DNA of 64,000 bases from Promethearchaeota archaeon (GTDB lineage: Archaea; Asgardarchaeota; Lokiarchaeia; Sigyniarchaeales; SOKP01): positions 28,112 to 92,111 of the forward strand of contig JAFGOA010000014.1 of NCBI GenBank assembly GCA_016926735.1, written 5' to 3'. The notes beneath the pieces are model-generated. The model ran no database searches. It was not told the origin of the DNA and saw only the letters and a list, made by a program, of their open reading frames with translations. Positions 48,965 to 58,226 of the stretch are shown piece after piece. Within the stretch, counting starts at the first letter, position 1; every line of letters begins with the position of its first letter. A program made the position numbers and the translations under genes.

Positions 48965-49729
48965 TTACATTATCAATAATTCATTTCTTTTAAGAGTATT
49001 TTCTAACATACTTATTTTTTGGATACATTCTGGATTCTCTGCAGTAAAATCATCCGTTTTTAAGATATATAATGTACCTATACCATCCACGTTTTTAATC
49101 ACAAAATATTCTTCCAAACCTTCAATATCTATCATTAGTTGAAAAAATGTTAAATATCCTGTCATTATTGGTGGTTTTCCATGTGTTTGCTTGGATAATT
49201 CATGAGAAATAATTCTAACGTGGTAAGGTTGCCAATGATTTATTGAAGTCGTCATTAAGTTTTCCATTATCTCCAATCTATAGAAATCTTGCCATTCAGA
49301 TTTTGGGAAATTTATTATAATATTGTTATAAACCTCTTCTTTTGCCTCTACATCTGTTCTTTCTGGTTGTTGATACATTCCTGCCCTAATAAAGATGGTG
49401 AATGTTTTATCTTTTCTATTTACATATTTCATTTGAAATCCTGTTGGTGAATATGATTCTAATGTTAAATTTGTACCTTTCGTCCCATTTGGTTTATAAT
49501 AATACGTATCATCCGAAAAAATTAGTGGAAATATAGTTGTTTTAAAGAATTCCTCTTCAAGAATAATTGGAATATACTTTTTTGTAGTTTCATTATATAC
49601 TTCTAATTCTTTAAATGCAGGATGGACTTTTGCTAGGGATTTTAAATAATTTAAAGATTCTAAAAGATATTCAGTAACATTTATCATCCTCCCTTTCCAA
49701 TATGCTCCTAAATAAAAATCTTCTTTCAT
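48965..49729 (-). CDS. Imm52-like immunity protein (orphan)
   Basis: N-terminal FYLGAYWKGR...YLKSLAKVHPAF and later INHWQP...GYLTF...VDGIGTLYIL resemble Imm52 family patterns (from memory, unsearched). Confidence 0.6.
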   Translation of the reverse strand: MKEDFYLGAYWKGRMINVTEYLLESLNYLKSLAKVHPAFKELEVYNETTKKYIPIILEEEFFKTTIFPLIFSDDTYYYKPNGTKGTNLTLESYSPTGFQMKYVNRKDKTFTIFIRAGMYQQPERTDVEAKEEVYNNIIINFPKSEWQDFYRLEIMENLMTTSINHWQPYHVRIISHELSKQTHGKPPIMTGYLTFFQLMIDIEGLEEYFVIKNVDGIGTLYILKTDDFTAENPECIQKISMLENTLKRNELLIM

Positions 49730-49875
49730 TTAAAATTGGCTCTCTAATCTTCAATGGAATATTTCAAAAATAAATAATAAAAAAATAAAAACTTTAGGAA
49801 TAATTAAAAAAGAAAATTAGAATAATATAAGGGAGATAATAAAATTCAAATAGAGAATTCTTTAAAAATCATTTA

Positions 49876-50808
49876 TTATTCTTTTAAAGATTGAGCAATG
49901 ATAATATCTACAAAATATTTGTTTTCTTCAATTTCTACGTTGTTAAATAGACTATATAAGAGAGTCATTATTTCTTTATTGTTGATTGTTTGATAATTTG
50001 AATGTATATCTAAGGGTAAAAAGGATTTTAATTGATTTTTATATTTTTCAGGGGAATTTTGCAATAGTTCTATTATTAGATCATTTACAATGTTGGGACG
50101 GGAATATTCCTCTTTATTTTCTAAAGCTAAACAAAAAACACCTTTTTTTTTTAAAAATTTTTGATATTTTTCAATATTATTTTTGAATTCTGGAAATATT
50201 TTTCTCCCAATCACGAAAATAAAATCCATACTTTGGGGTTTCATTTCTAAATTCATATCAATTTGTTTTACATTTATTTTTGTTCTTTTGAAAAAGAAAT
50301 CAATGTTATAATTTTGGATTTTTAAAGGATTTACATAAAGATTGAGATTAATATTAAAAGGTATAAAAAAACTATAGATGGTAGTTATTTGATTTTCAAA
50401 GGTATATTCATCTGGAAAACTTATAAAACAATTCTTTCCTTCAAATTTTTTAGAATCATATCCTCGTTTTCTAAAAATCTCATGACATAGTGTTACTGAA
50501 ATCTTAAGATATCTATCAAATATTAAACCATAAAAAAAACTAGCAGATTCTATTATATTACTGTAATATAATTCTTTTCCCTTTTGAGTCAAAGTAAGAA
50601 TTATCCTATTTGGACCATTTGAAGAATCATTTGTATCTCCTTGTACCAAACCATTATTTTTCATAAAACGTAGTATTTTATAGAGATATGAAGATTTCTG
50701 AATAATGCCATTCTCTGATAAGATAAGAAATAGATCATATCCATAAGTAGGAGTATTATTTAAAATTTTTAAGACTTCAAATTGAATGAGTTCTGATTTT
50801 TTTTTCAT
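49876..50808 (-). CDS. PadR-family regulator with C-terminal methyltransferase-like domain
   Basis: PTYGYDL...LYKILRFMKNNGLV...GPNR..LTLTQKG PadR motif; C-terminal PQSMDFIF...FLKKKGVF resembles a degenerate class I MTase fold. Confidence 0.75.
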   Translation of the reverse strand: MKKKSELIQFEVLKILNNTPTYGYDLFLILSENGIIQKSSYLYKILRFMKNNGLVQGDTNDSSNGPNRIILTLTQKGKELYYSNIIESASFFYGLIFDRYLKISVTLCHEIFRKRGYDSKKFEGKNCFISFPDEYTFENQITTIYSFFIPFNINLNLYVNPLKIQNYNIDFFFKRTKINVKQIDMNLEMKPQSMDFIFVIGRKIFPEFKNNIEKYQKFLKKKGVFCLALENKEEYSRPNIVNDLIIELLQNSPEKYKNQLKSFLPLDIHSNYQTINNKEIMTLLYSLFNNVEIEENKYFVDIIIAQSLKE

Positions 50809-50891
50809 AGTGTATTTATTATCTATTTAATTGAATAAAACCAATTATTCAAATTAATTGAAAAAAAAAAAGTTAATCAAAAAAAAAAAAA

Positions 50892-52115
50892 TTATTCATA
50901 TCGTAATGTTTTTATTGGTTCTAACCTTGATGCAGCCCAAGCGGGGTATAAACCAAAAATGATTGAAACTCCAATACCAAAGAAAAATGCATCTCTTATT
51001 AGAGACAGGGTGAATATTGGTTGAATAATCCCAATTTCAACACCCATCATTTGAGTACCTAAATCTCCAATATAACCACTAAAAACATTCGCAAAAATCC
51101 ATCCCATACCAATTCCTACAAGAGATCCTACCAATCCAATTATGATGGATTCAGATAAGAAAACCATTATCAAAGATTCATTTTTCATCCCTAAAGCTTT
51201 TAAAATTCCTATTTCTCTTTTACGTTGTATTAGGGAAATAAACATTGTATTCATAATTCCAATTCCACCTACAATTAGTGAAATTGTAGCTATTGTTCCT
51301 AAAAATGACTCAATAGAACTGAATGTTGATTCAATTGCTTCAATATAAATTATTGGAGATATTATTTGAACTTGAGAATTGAACATATCATCTATTTCAG
51401 AAGAGACACTATTGATGATAGATTCATTATTGTCATCTAGCATAAGAATAAAGTAGGTGACAATTTCTATATCAAATATTTCCTTCATTTTTTCAATTTG
51501 TAGATATATTCCTTCATCGCTAGGCCCAATTCCGATAAATAGGCCCCCTAAATTCTTAAGACTTCCAGCTACAGTCCCTTTATATGTTTGATTTCCATAA
51601 ATAGCGGTTATATTTATAGATTCTCCAATATTTACAACATTAGTTATGTAATCTCCTATGACAAATTGAGTACTATTCGCTTCTGATGGAATAATTCCAT
51701 TTTCAACAATAAACCGATTTGGATAAAGAACACCAAAATTACTAAAATCAACACCAAAAATAGGCACTATTTCATCATCTGAATTATTAAAAATGGCATA
51801 GCAATATATTTGAATTATAGGTACTACTAATATTACATGATCTATGTCTTGAAATGCTGTTATATTGTTGTAATAAAGTTGAAAAGAAGGATCATTTTCT
51901 TCAAATAATCTTATATCCTTATGTACAACTAGTGTTTTTGTGCTAAAACCCTCTTCAAATTGTGATTTTACGGTAGTTTCAAATCCATTACTAAGGGAGG
52001 AAAGACTGGTTATTGCAGCAATACCAATTAAAACTCCTAATATTGTCAAAAAACTTCTCAATTTGTGTGTCACCAGAGATTTTCCTGCGTATCTAAAATT
52101 GTTTATCAATTTCAT
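50892..52115 (-). CDS. MacB/FtsX-family ABC transporter permease
   Basis: KLRSFLTILGVLIGIAA, GGIGIMNTM, RKREIGILKALG, GLYPAWAASRLEPIKTLRYE. Confidence 0.93.
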   Translation of the reverse strand: MKLINNFRYAGKSLVTHKLRSFLTILGVLIGIAAITSLSSLSNGFETTVKSQFEEGFSTKTLVVHKDIRLFEENDPSFQLYYNNITAFQDIDHVILVVPIIQIYCYAIFNNSDDEIVPIFGVDFSNFGVLYPNRFIVENGIIPSEANSTQFVIGDYITNVVNIGESINITAIYGNQTYKGTVAGSLKNLGGLFIGIGPSDEGIYLQIEKMKEIFDIEIVTYFILMLDDNNESIINSVSSEIDDMFNSQVQIISPIIYIEAIESTFSSIESFLGTIATISLIVGGIGIMNTMFISLIQRKREIGILKALGMKNESLIMVFLSESIIIGLVGSLVGIGMGWIFANVFSGYIGDLGTQMMGVEIGIIQPIFTLSLIRDAFFFGIGVSIIFGLYPAWAASRLEPIKTLRYE

Positions 52116-52136
52116 TTATTTCACTTCTCTTAATTT

Positions 52137-52841
52137 TTATAAAATTCCTAGTTTTTTTCCTATTTGAGGATTATTTATCAACTTTCCATCAATTAAATAT
52201 TCAATCCGATCTGTTAATTTTGCAATTTCTGAATCGTGGGTTATCATTATAACTGTGATACCTTTTTCTTTATTTAATCTCTTTATATAAGACATTATGA
52301 TATCTCGAGTTTTAGTGTCAACATTTCCAGTGGGCTCATCCATTAATAAATAAGTTGGATCTTGAGCTAATGCGCGAGCAATTGCAACTCGTTGTTTTTG
52401 CCCTCCACTAAGTTCATTAGGTTTGTGATTCATACGATCTCCTAATCCCATGGCCTCTAATATTGATGATATTCTCTTTTTCCGTTCTGATCTTGAAATA
52501 TTTTTTATAATTAATGCTAATTCTATATTTTTATATGCTGATAATCGAGGAATTAAGTTAAAAAATTGAAAAATAAATCCAATTTTCCTTCTCAATTCTG
52601 CCCTCTTATTGTTACTTAGTCTAGAAATATTTATCCCATTTACAATAATTTCACCTTCAGTTGGGATATCTAACAATCCAAATAAGTTTAATAATGTAGA
52701 TTTACCAGAGCCAGAGGGGCCAAGTATCGAGATAAATTCTCCCTCTTCAATATTTAGATTTATCCCCCTTAAAGCATGGACTATTATCTTACCTTGGATG
52801 TAAGATTTCTTTAAATTATCTGTTTTGAGTATATATTTCAT
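52137..52841 (-). CDS. MacB/LolD-family ABC transporter ATP-binding protein
   Basis: GPSGSGKST, LSGGQKQRVAIARAL, LMDEPTGN, ITHD. Confidence 0.95.
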   Translation of the reverse strand: MKYILKTDNLKKSYIQGKIIVHALRGINLNIEEGEFISILGPSGSGKSTLLNLFGLLDIPTEGEIIVNGINISRLSNNKRAELRRKIGFIFQFFNLIPRLSAYKNIELALIIKNISRSERKKRISSILEAMGLGDRMNHKPNELSGGQKQRVAIARALAQDPTYLLMDEPTGNVDTKTRDIIMSYIKRLNKEKGITVIMITHDSEIAKLTDRIEYLIDGKLINNPQIGKKLGIL

Positions 52842-53164
52842 TTTTCTTTACAAACCCTCATATTTTATAAATATTTAATTTCCAAAATCTAGCAGTAAAT
52901 ATAAGTAATTAAGTGAATTTTGACTAGTGTCCAATTTTCCAATAGATATGAGAATTTACATCTCTTTTAAAACGCACTTTCTTTGAAGAAAAGAATTAAT
53001 GAGCGTTGAAGTTATCTTAAAAATGAATAAGTACTTAAAAATAATACGATCCACTCGTGGTATTGTTTTTAGAAATAATTCTTAACTAACAAAAATTTTT
53101 TAGTAAACAATAATTAACATAAAAAAGATTTAAATGCAGATAAAATAATTATTTTTTCCTTTCA

Positions 53165-53686
53165 ATGTTAGAATTTCGCTTAGCTAAGAAAAGAGATTTA
53201 GAAATTATTCTATCTCTCTATAATAGAACTAAAAATGATTTATTGAAAAATAATATTTTACAATGGGGGACTTGGGGGGATGGATATCCAAATAGAGATT
53301 TTATAAAAGATAGAATAAGAAAAAAAGAGCTCTTTGTATTGACATATTATGATAAAATTATTGGTTCTGTAAGTTTAAATCAAGAACAATCAATAGAATG
53401 GAACATTATTTCATGGGAGGGAGACATCGAGAGTTCTCTTTTAATTCATGCGATGATTATAGATCCAACACAACAGGGGAATGGCTACGGTTCCAAATTA
53501 TTAGAATATTGTGAAAATTATGCTAAAAACCAAGGTTTAAAATATATTAGATTAGATGCTTTTACTAAAAATAAGATATCAAATAAATTATACTTAACTC
53601 GGGATTATAAAAACCTTGGAACTGTAATATTCAGATTTAAACCAGAAAATAATCAAGAATATTATTGTTATGAGAAAGAATTATAG
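53165..53686 (+). CDS. GNAT family N-acetyltransferase
   Basis: QW...YP, IDPTQQGNGYGSKLL (motif A), IRLDA, N..LY. Confidence 0.88.
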   Translation: MLEFRLAKKRDLEIILSLYNRTKNDLLKNNILQWGTWGDGYPNRDFIKDRIRKKELFVLTYYDKIIGSVSLNQEQSIEWNIISWEGDIESSLLIHAMIIDPTQQGNGYGSKLLEYCENYAKNQGLKYIRLDAFTKNKISNKLYLTRDYKNLGTVIFRFKPENNQEYYCYEKEL

Positions 53687-53908
53687 TAAATATCAAACGA
53701 TACCATTTTTTTTTATCAAATTTTGCATTAAATAATTGGAATATACTATTTTTTTACTATAGGATATTTAAACTAAAAAGAAATAGACAATCAAAGATTA
53801 TGCAATCTTTTTATATTACTCTCAGAGATAGTAAAAATTTTAAAACATAGATTATTTTTGTTAGTAATTAATATTTTCAAATAAAATTAAAATATTCTAT
53901 ACTTCAAT

Positions 53909-54105
53909 GCGGGGGTTGCCAAGAGCCCTAGATGAAAAAACTAGCATCTATTCAACAGATCTTAATGCTCAATAATCGAGCAGGCTGGAAATCTGGTCTA
54001 CGGCGTTGCGTTGAGGTCGCAATGGCAATGGCATAAAAGAGAAAAAAAAAGAAAAATATTTTTGCCGCCAACAGGCCTTCGTGGGTTCGAATCCCACCTC
54101 CCGCA
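53909..54105 (+). tRNA. tRNA-Leu(GAG) with two non-canonical introns (D-loop ~53924-53991; variable arm 54029-54072)
   Basis: Acceptor GCGGGGG/CTCCCGC; anticodon arm TTGCG-TTGAGGT-CGCAA; T-arm GTGGG-TTCGAAT-CCCAC. Removing 68 and 44 nt at BHB-like motifs gives an 85-nt class II tRNA. Confidence 0.85.
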
Positions 54106-54204
54106 TTTTATTTGAATTGCGATTTAATATTATATTTCTAATTATCACGTTTTTTATATTGTATAAATATATATAATCCTAAAATTAAGAAATTCATAGG
54201 AATT

Positions 54205-54298
54205 CAACATAAAGATTTATTTACAATTCAGAATCTATTTATTCTTTAAAGTAATTAGTTTGTTATTTTGTAGTAAATTCTTTATTTTTGGTGATATA
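54205..54298. repeat. Copy A of a 94-bp direct repeat (3' end of the wHTH gene plus downstream sequence)
   Basis: 80/94 identical to 56699-56792, ungapped, manual count. Confidence 0.8.
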
Positions 54299-54942
54299 CA
54301 TAGAGTATTATTCTCTGAATCAACATACTTGAGTATATTTTGTTCTAACATAATTTTAAGAATAGAATACACTTTTTCTCTCGCAATATCTACATTTTTA
54401 TGGACATCTGCCATTTTGATATCCTCTGTAGATAAGATTAAATCCAGGATTTTTTGATTTTTTTTTTTTTTCAGAAAATAATGAAGTTTTCCAAGATCAT
54501 CATCCATGGTTATAGGAAGAAAAACACTATATTTTCCAATTTTTATTTTTTTTATTAAGTCGAATTTCATAAGAAGTTTTAAATGCCAGAGAAATTGACC
54601 TGTACTTCCTGATTGAAGGTTGAATACTTTTTCTCTTAATAAAGAAAAGGTTGCTCCATTATTTAAATAAATAAGATCATACATTTTTCGTCTATATTGA
54701 TTAAATAAAACGGTTTTTTTAGTATGTTTTGATCCATCAATAAGGATTTTTTTGCTAAATAAAAGTTGGATTATTTCTAATAATCCTTTACGGGGTATTT
54801 GTAATTGACGTTTTGATCTACTATAAATAATCTCTATATTTAACACTTTATTTTCATTGACAATCTCTTCAGCGACTTCCAAAACTTTTTGGACACTGAG
54901 ATGCTTTGATTGAATAATTGAATCTGAAATGTTAGAGATCAT
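54235..54942 (-). CDS. Tandem winged-helix transcriptional regulator-like protein
   Basis: RRKMYDLIYLNNGATFSLLR...QFLWHLKLLMKFDLI plus a second HTH (DVHKNVDIAREKVYSILKIM). Confidence 0.75.
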   Translation of the reverse strand: MISNISDSIIQSKHLSVQKVLEVAEEIVNENKVLNIEIIYSRSKRQLQIPRKGLLEIIQLLFSKKILIDGSKHTKKTVLFNQYRRKMYDLIYLNNGATFSLLREKVFNLQSGSTGQFLWHLKLLMKFDLIKKIKIGKYSVFLPITMDDDLGKLHYFLKKKKNQKILDLILSTEDIKMADVHKNVDIAREKVYSILKIMLEQNILKYVDSENNTLCISPKIKNLLQNNKLITLKNK

Positions 54943-54952
54943 TTTTATTAAA

Positions 54953-56269
54953 TTATATATTTTTATTTTCTTTATTTTTATTATTTAGGATATTAAATTT
55001 GGTATCTAATTCTTCTAATTCATCAACATTTTCATTATAAAATTCGAGAAACTCTTCTGATAATGAAATAGGAGACTTTGCTAAATCTGAATGTATATCT
55101 TCATATTCAGTCTCCTGTCTAAACAAGTTTTTATATTTTTCTTCTATAAATTGAGGTAGACTTAATTTTTTATACGATAATAATAGGGGATGTTTCTTAT
55201 CTTTAACAAATCTGTAGGGAAAATTGGAGAAATATTTCAATATTAATTCATAAGCAGATTGATATTCACTCATATCTACACATCCTTTCTTTAGAATTCG
55301 TTCAAATTTATCTTCAAAATCTTTTGAAAAATGTGAAACCGCAGTTCTTAAAAGTTTAGAGGATTTTGTAGCAACAAGGCCAATTGTGATATATTTTGCT
55401 TTATTAAGAATTACTATACCCTCATCTAAATGAATATCTACTAGACTTCCAATATTAATTACTTCTTCACTAAGAGTTTGAATGGTATTAAGAAATCCTG
55501 TAAATGTAATCTCATTTAAATTTGACTCTGCCCAATCATGATCATATAACGGATATCCTTCATTATTCTTTACTAATAATCTATTAACTCTAAATGGTAA
55601 AATATAAAGAAGTTTAGGTTCTCTATATATGGCATATATAGTTATTCCCAATCCTAAAAACACAGTAATATCAGTTAGACTTAGGAAAATGTAGTGTATT
55701 TGGATCATGAACTGGAATGATATTGTTATAATTGAGCAAAGTAAAACGCCAATAAAAAAAATATTACCTTCCTTTTTAATGAGAATAGGGACATTCAATC
55801 TAGTTTTAAGTCCCCAATAAAACATATATATCGCATACATTGCAGTAATAAATAGAAATAATATTCGATAAACTCCTGTTATTTTCGAAGCCTTAAATCC
55901 ATTTGCTTCTATTGTTGTCACTCCACCAGGTTGAAAAGCTAAATATAATAGTAAAATACCCATTGCAAAAACAAGATAAAGACTATATGTTTTACTTGTA
56001 TCTTTAATAGTATAATTTATTCCAATAACAGCAAAGAAAACTGCTGGAAAAGAAAGAATACCTACAGTAATAGCACAGATTTCATAATTTAAGGTTGCTA
56101 AACTATCAAAAAATTTCAAAGCAGCCATTATAAATAAGGAAATTTTAATATAAAACAATGAAGGAATATTTTTGACTTTAGGTTTGATTACCATGAAAGT
56201 TGCTATTAAAAAAAAACTGATAGATCCTATTAACTTGATCAAAAACTCAATAAATTGTAAAATATACAT
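54953..56269 (-). CDS. 7-TM membrane protein with C-terminal longin-like domain
   Basis: Seven hydrophobic segments in the first ~215 aa, then RLLVKNNEGYPLY...FTGFLNTIQTLSEEV...IGLVATK..LRTAVSHFSKDFEDKF longin-like pattern. Confidence 0.65.
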   Translation of the reverse strand: MYILQFIEFLIKLIGSISFFLIATFMVIKPKVKNIPSLFYIKISLFIMAALKFFDSLATLNYEICAITVGILSFPAVFFAVIGINYTIKDTSKTYSLYLVFAMGILLLYLAFQPGGVTTIEANGFKASKITGVYRILFLFITAMYAIYMFYWGLKTRLNVPILIKKEGNIFFIGVLLCSIITISFQFMIQIHYIFLSLTDITVFLGLGITIYAIYREPKLLYILPFRVNRLLVKNNEGYPLYDHDWAESNLNEITFTGFLNTIQTLSEEVINIGSLVDIHLDEGIVILNKAKYITIGLVATKSSKLLRTAVSHFSKDFEDKFERILKKGCVDMSEYQSAYELILKYFSNFPYRFVKDKKHPLLLSYKKLSLPQFIEEKYKNLFRQETEYEDIHSDLAKSPISLSEEFLEFYNENVDELEELDTKFNILNNKNKENKNI

Positions 56270-56698
56270 TTTAGCTTCAAATAACCTCTATAAATTTCGA
56301 ATTATTTTGATAAGATTAAATTTAAATTGAAAAATAAAATTAATTCTTGGAGAATAACTAATTAATTTTAAATAATTCAACTCCGACCATTTGATTTTTT
56401 GTCTAAATCCACGATGTTATTCCCTATTAATATTATACTTACGGATATATAAATGTTAAGACAAAAAATCAAAGATAAAACAACACTTTTCCAATAAGAT
56501 CTTTAGTCTATATAGATATTCTCTTGAAATTGTTATCTTTAAAAATATTGAATTAGAATTTTTATACAAAAAAATAACAAATTAAGATAAAATCTCTCTT
56601 TAAATAAAGAAACTAAAAGAAATCTGATAATTTTTGTTGTTTAATTTTAGGATTGATTATTTGTAAGGTTAAGAACATATTCTTCAATTAAAATGTTC

Positions 56699-56792
56699 CA
56701 ACATAAAAATTCATTTATATTTCTGAATCTATTTTTTCTTTAGAGTAAGCAGTATATTATTTAATAGTAAATTCTTTATTTTTGGTGAAATA
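56699..56792 (-). pseudogene. Copy B of the 94-bp repeat; orphan 3' remnant of a wHTH paralog
   Basis: Minus strand reads ISPKIKNLLLNNILLTLKKK*, versus ISPKIKNLLQNNKLITLKNK* at the end of 54235-54942. Confidence 0.7.
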
Positions 56793-56834
56793 TCATTTTA
56801 TAGAAGAAAAAATTATATAATAAAAGAATAACAA

Positions 56835-57233
56835 ATGAATAACTATAACTCTGTATATCTTGACTATCTTAGAATGCTTCCTTTTATTATATATGCTATT
56901 TTACTAATTATTTTATCGTCACTTAGCCAACCATATCCTATACAACCTCCGAAAGGAGTTACTTTTTATCTTAATTATATCCTTCATATAATTGAGTTTG
57001 CTGGGTTATCATTTTTTGCATTTTTTGGATTTTTTAAAAGAATAAAGTCTTTATCCATATTATTATTCTGCGTTCTTTTTGCTATATCCGATGAAGTCCA
57101 TCAATTCTTTGTTCCTAATAGATTTTTTGATTTTTTTGATATTTTAGTTGATTGTATTGGAATTATCATCGGGTATGCCTTCTATTTATCTATATTAAAA
57201 ATAAAAAAGGAAATTGAAAGGAAAAAAAAATAA
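56835..57233 (+). CDS. VanZ family membrane protein
   Basis: HIIEFAGL, FAISDEVHQFFVPNR, DILVDCIG. Confidence 0.9.
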   Translation: MNNYNSVYLDYLRMLPFIIYAILLIILSSLSQPYPIQPPKGVTFYLNYILHIIEFAGLSFFAFFGFFKRIKSLSILLFCVLFAISDEVHQFFVPNRFFDFFDILVDCIGIIIGYAFYLSILKIKKEIERKKK

Positions 57234-57263
57234 ATAAAAATTGAAGGAATAAAAAAAAAATAT

Positions 57264-57770
57264 TTATCTTTTTGGACTTTTTTTAAGATATCTCTCACAT
57301 TTTTTCCTGAAATAATAAATGTGAATATATTTATTTCCGCCAGTAATGATTATAAAACCACTGATAAATATTAAATAAGGACTTGACATTATTGAAAAAA
57401 ATATTAAAAACATCTGAAAACCGATAAGTAATCCTAAAAATGAAATAAGGACTGAAAAGCAATATAGAGTAAATATCAACCTGACTAACGTATGATATTT
57501 CTTTAAAATTGAATATTTTAATCTCCATTTATCATACTTACTATTATAGTAGCAAGCATGACAAATCAATTCATATGATTCATGTAATAATTGATTTTTT
57601 TCTCTATCAACGATATGAATTAATGCTTTTCTCTTACATTTAGAACATATATATTTAAAACAGAGATTGCACTGAATAAATGCTTGTTTTTTTGGATGAT
57701 AATAACATTCTTTACTTTCAATTTTTACATCCTTCCTTTTCTTCTTGAGATTCTTACTTTTTGCATTCAT
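57264..57770 (-). CDS. B-box-like zinc-finger membrane protein
   Basis: CYYHP...CNLC...ICSKC...ICHAC followed by two TM segments. Confidence 0.7.
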   Translation of the reverse strand: MNAKSKNLKKKRKDVKIESKECYYHPKKQAFIQCNLCFKYICSKCKRKALIHIVDREKNQLLHESYELICHACYYNSKYDKWRLKYSILKKYHTLVRLIFTLYCFSVLISFLGLLIGFQMFLIFFSIMSSPYLIFISGFIIITGGNKYIHIYYFRKKCERYLKKSPKR

Positions 57771-57907
57771 TAAATACCACCTCTTTTTTTTTTGGATCTC
57801 TGATCAAGTAAAAAAAGATAGGTAATATAAGGGTACTATATATATTTTCCATAATTTATATAGAAAATAAAACAAACTATAGCTTTTTATATTATTTATC
57901 ATGATCA

Positions 57908-58193
57908 CTCAAGAATACACCTTCCTTCAGGGAGGTAATGAATTGAGCTAAATTAAAAATTATCAAATTTCACTAAACTTTCAATCTCTCATTCCTTTTA
58001 AATTAATCTATTTTAGTATTTTAATAAGGAAATTCAGATTATAACGTTGAATTTCTTATTGCATGAACCCTTTGTGAACGAGGAATTATTCCCAAAACAA
58101 TGGAATGGTTTTCTACGATAAACAGGCCAATCCGTAATAGAAGCGATTGTGTACTCGTAGGAAGCCACGACCTTCAAGTCGTGTGTAGTTCAC
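57908..58193 (+). mobile_element. Non-autonomous miniature IS200/IS605-family element (MITE/PATE-like, ~290 bp)
   Basis: Left-end hairpin ACCTTCC-TTCA-GGGAGGT (57919-57936) in AAGAAT...ATGAATTG context; right end GAAGC-CACGAC-CTTCAA-GTCGTG-TGTAGTTCAC ending in TCAC; no ORF. Left boundary approximate. Confidence 0.7.
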
Positions 58194-58226
58194 TGAAAAG
58201 AATCTATGATTTTAAGTAATTAATTT

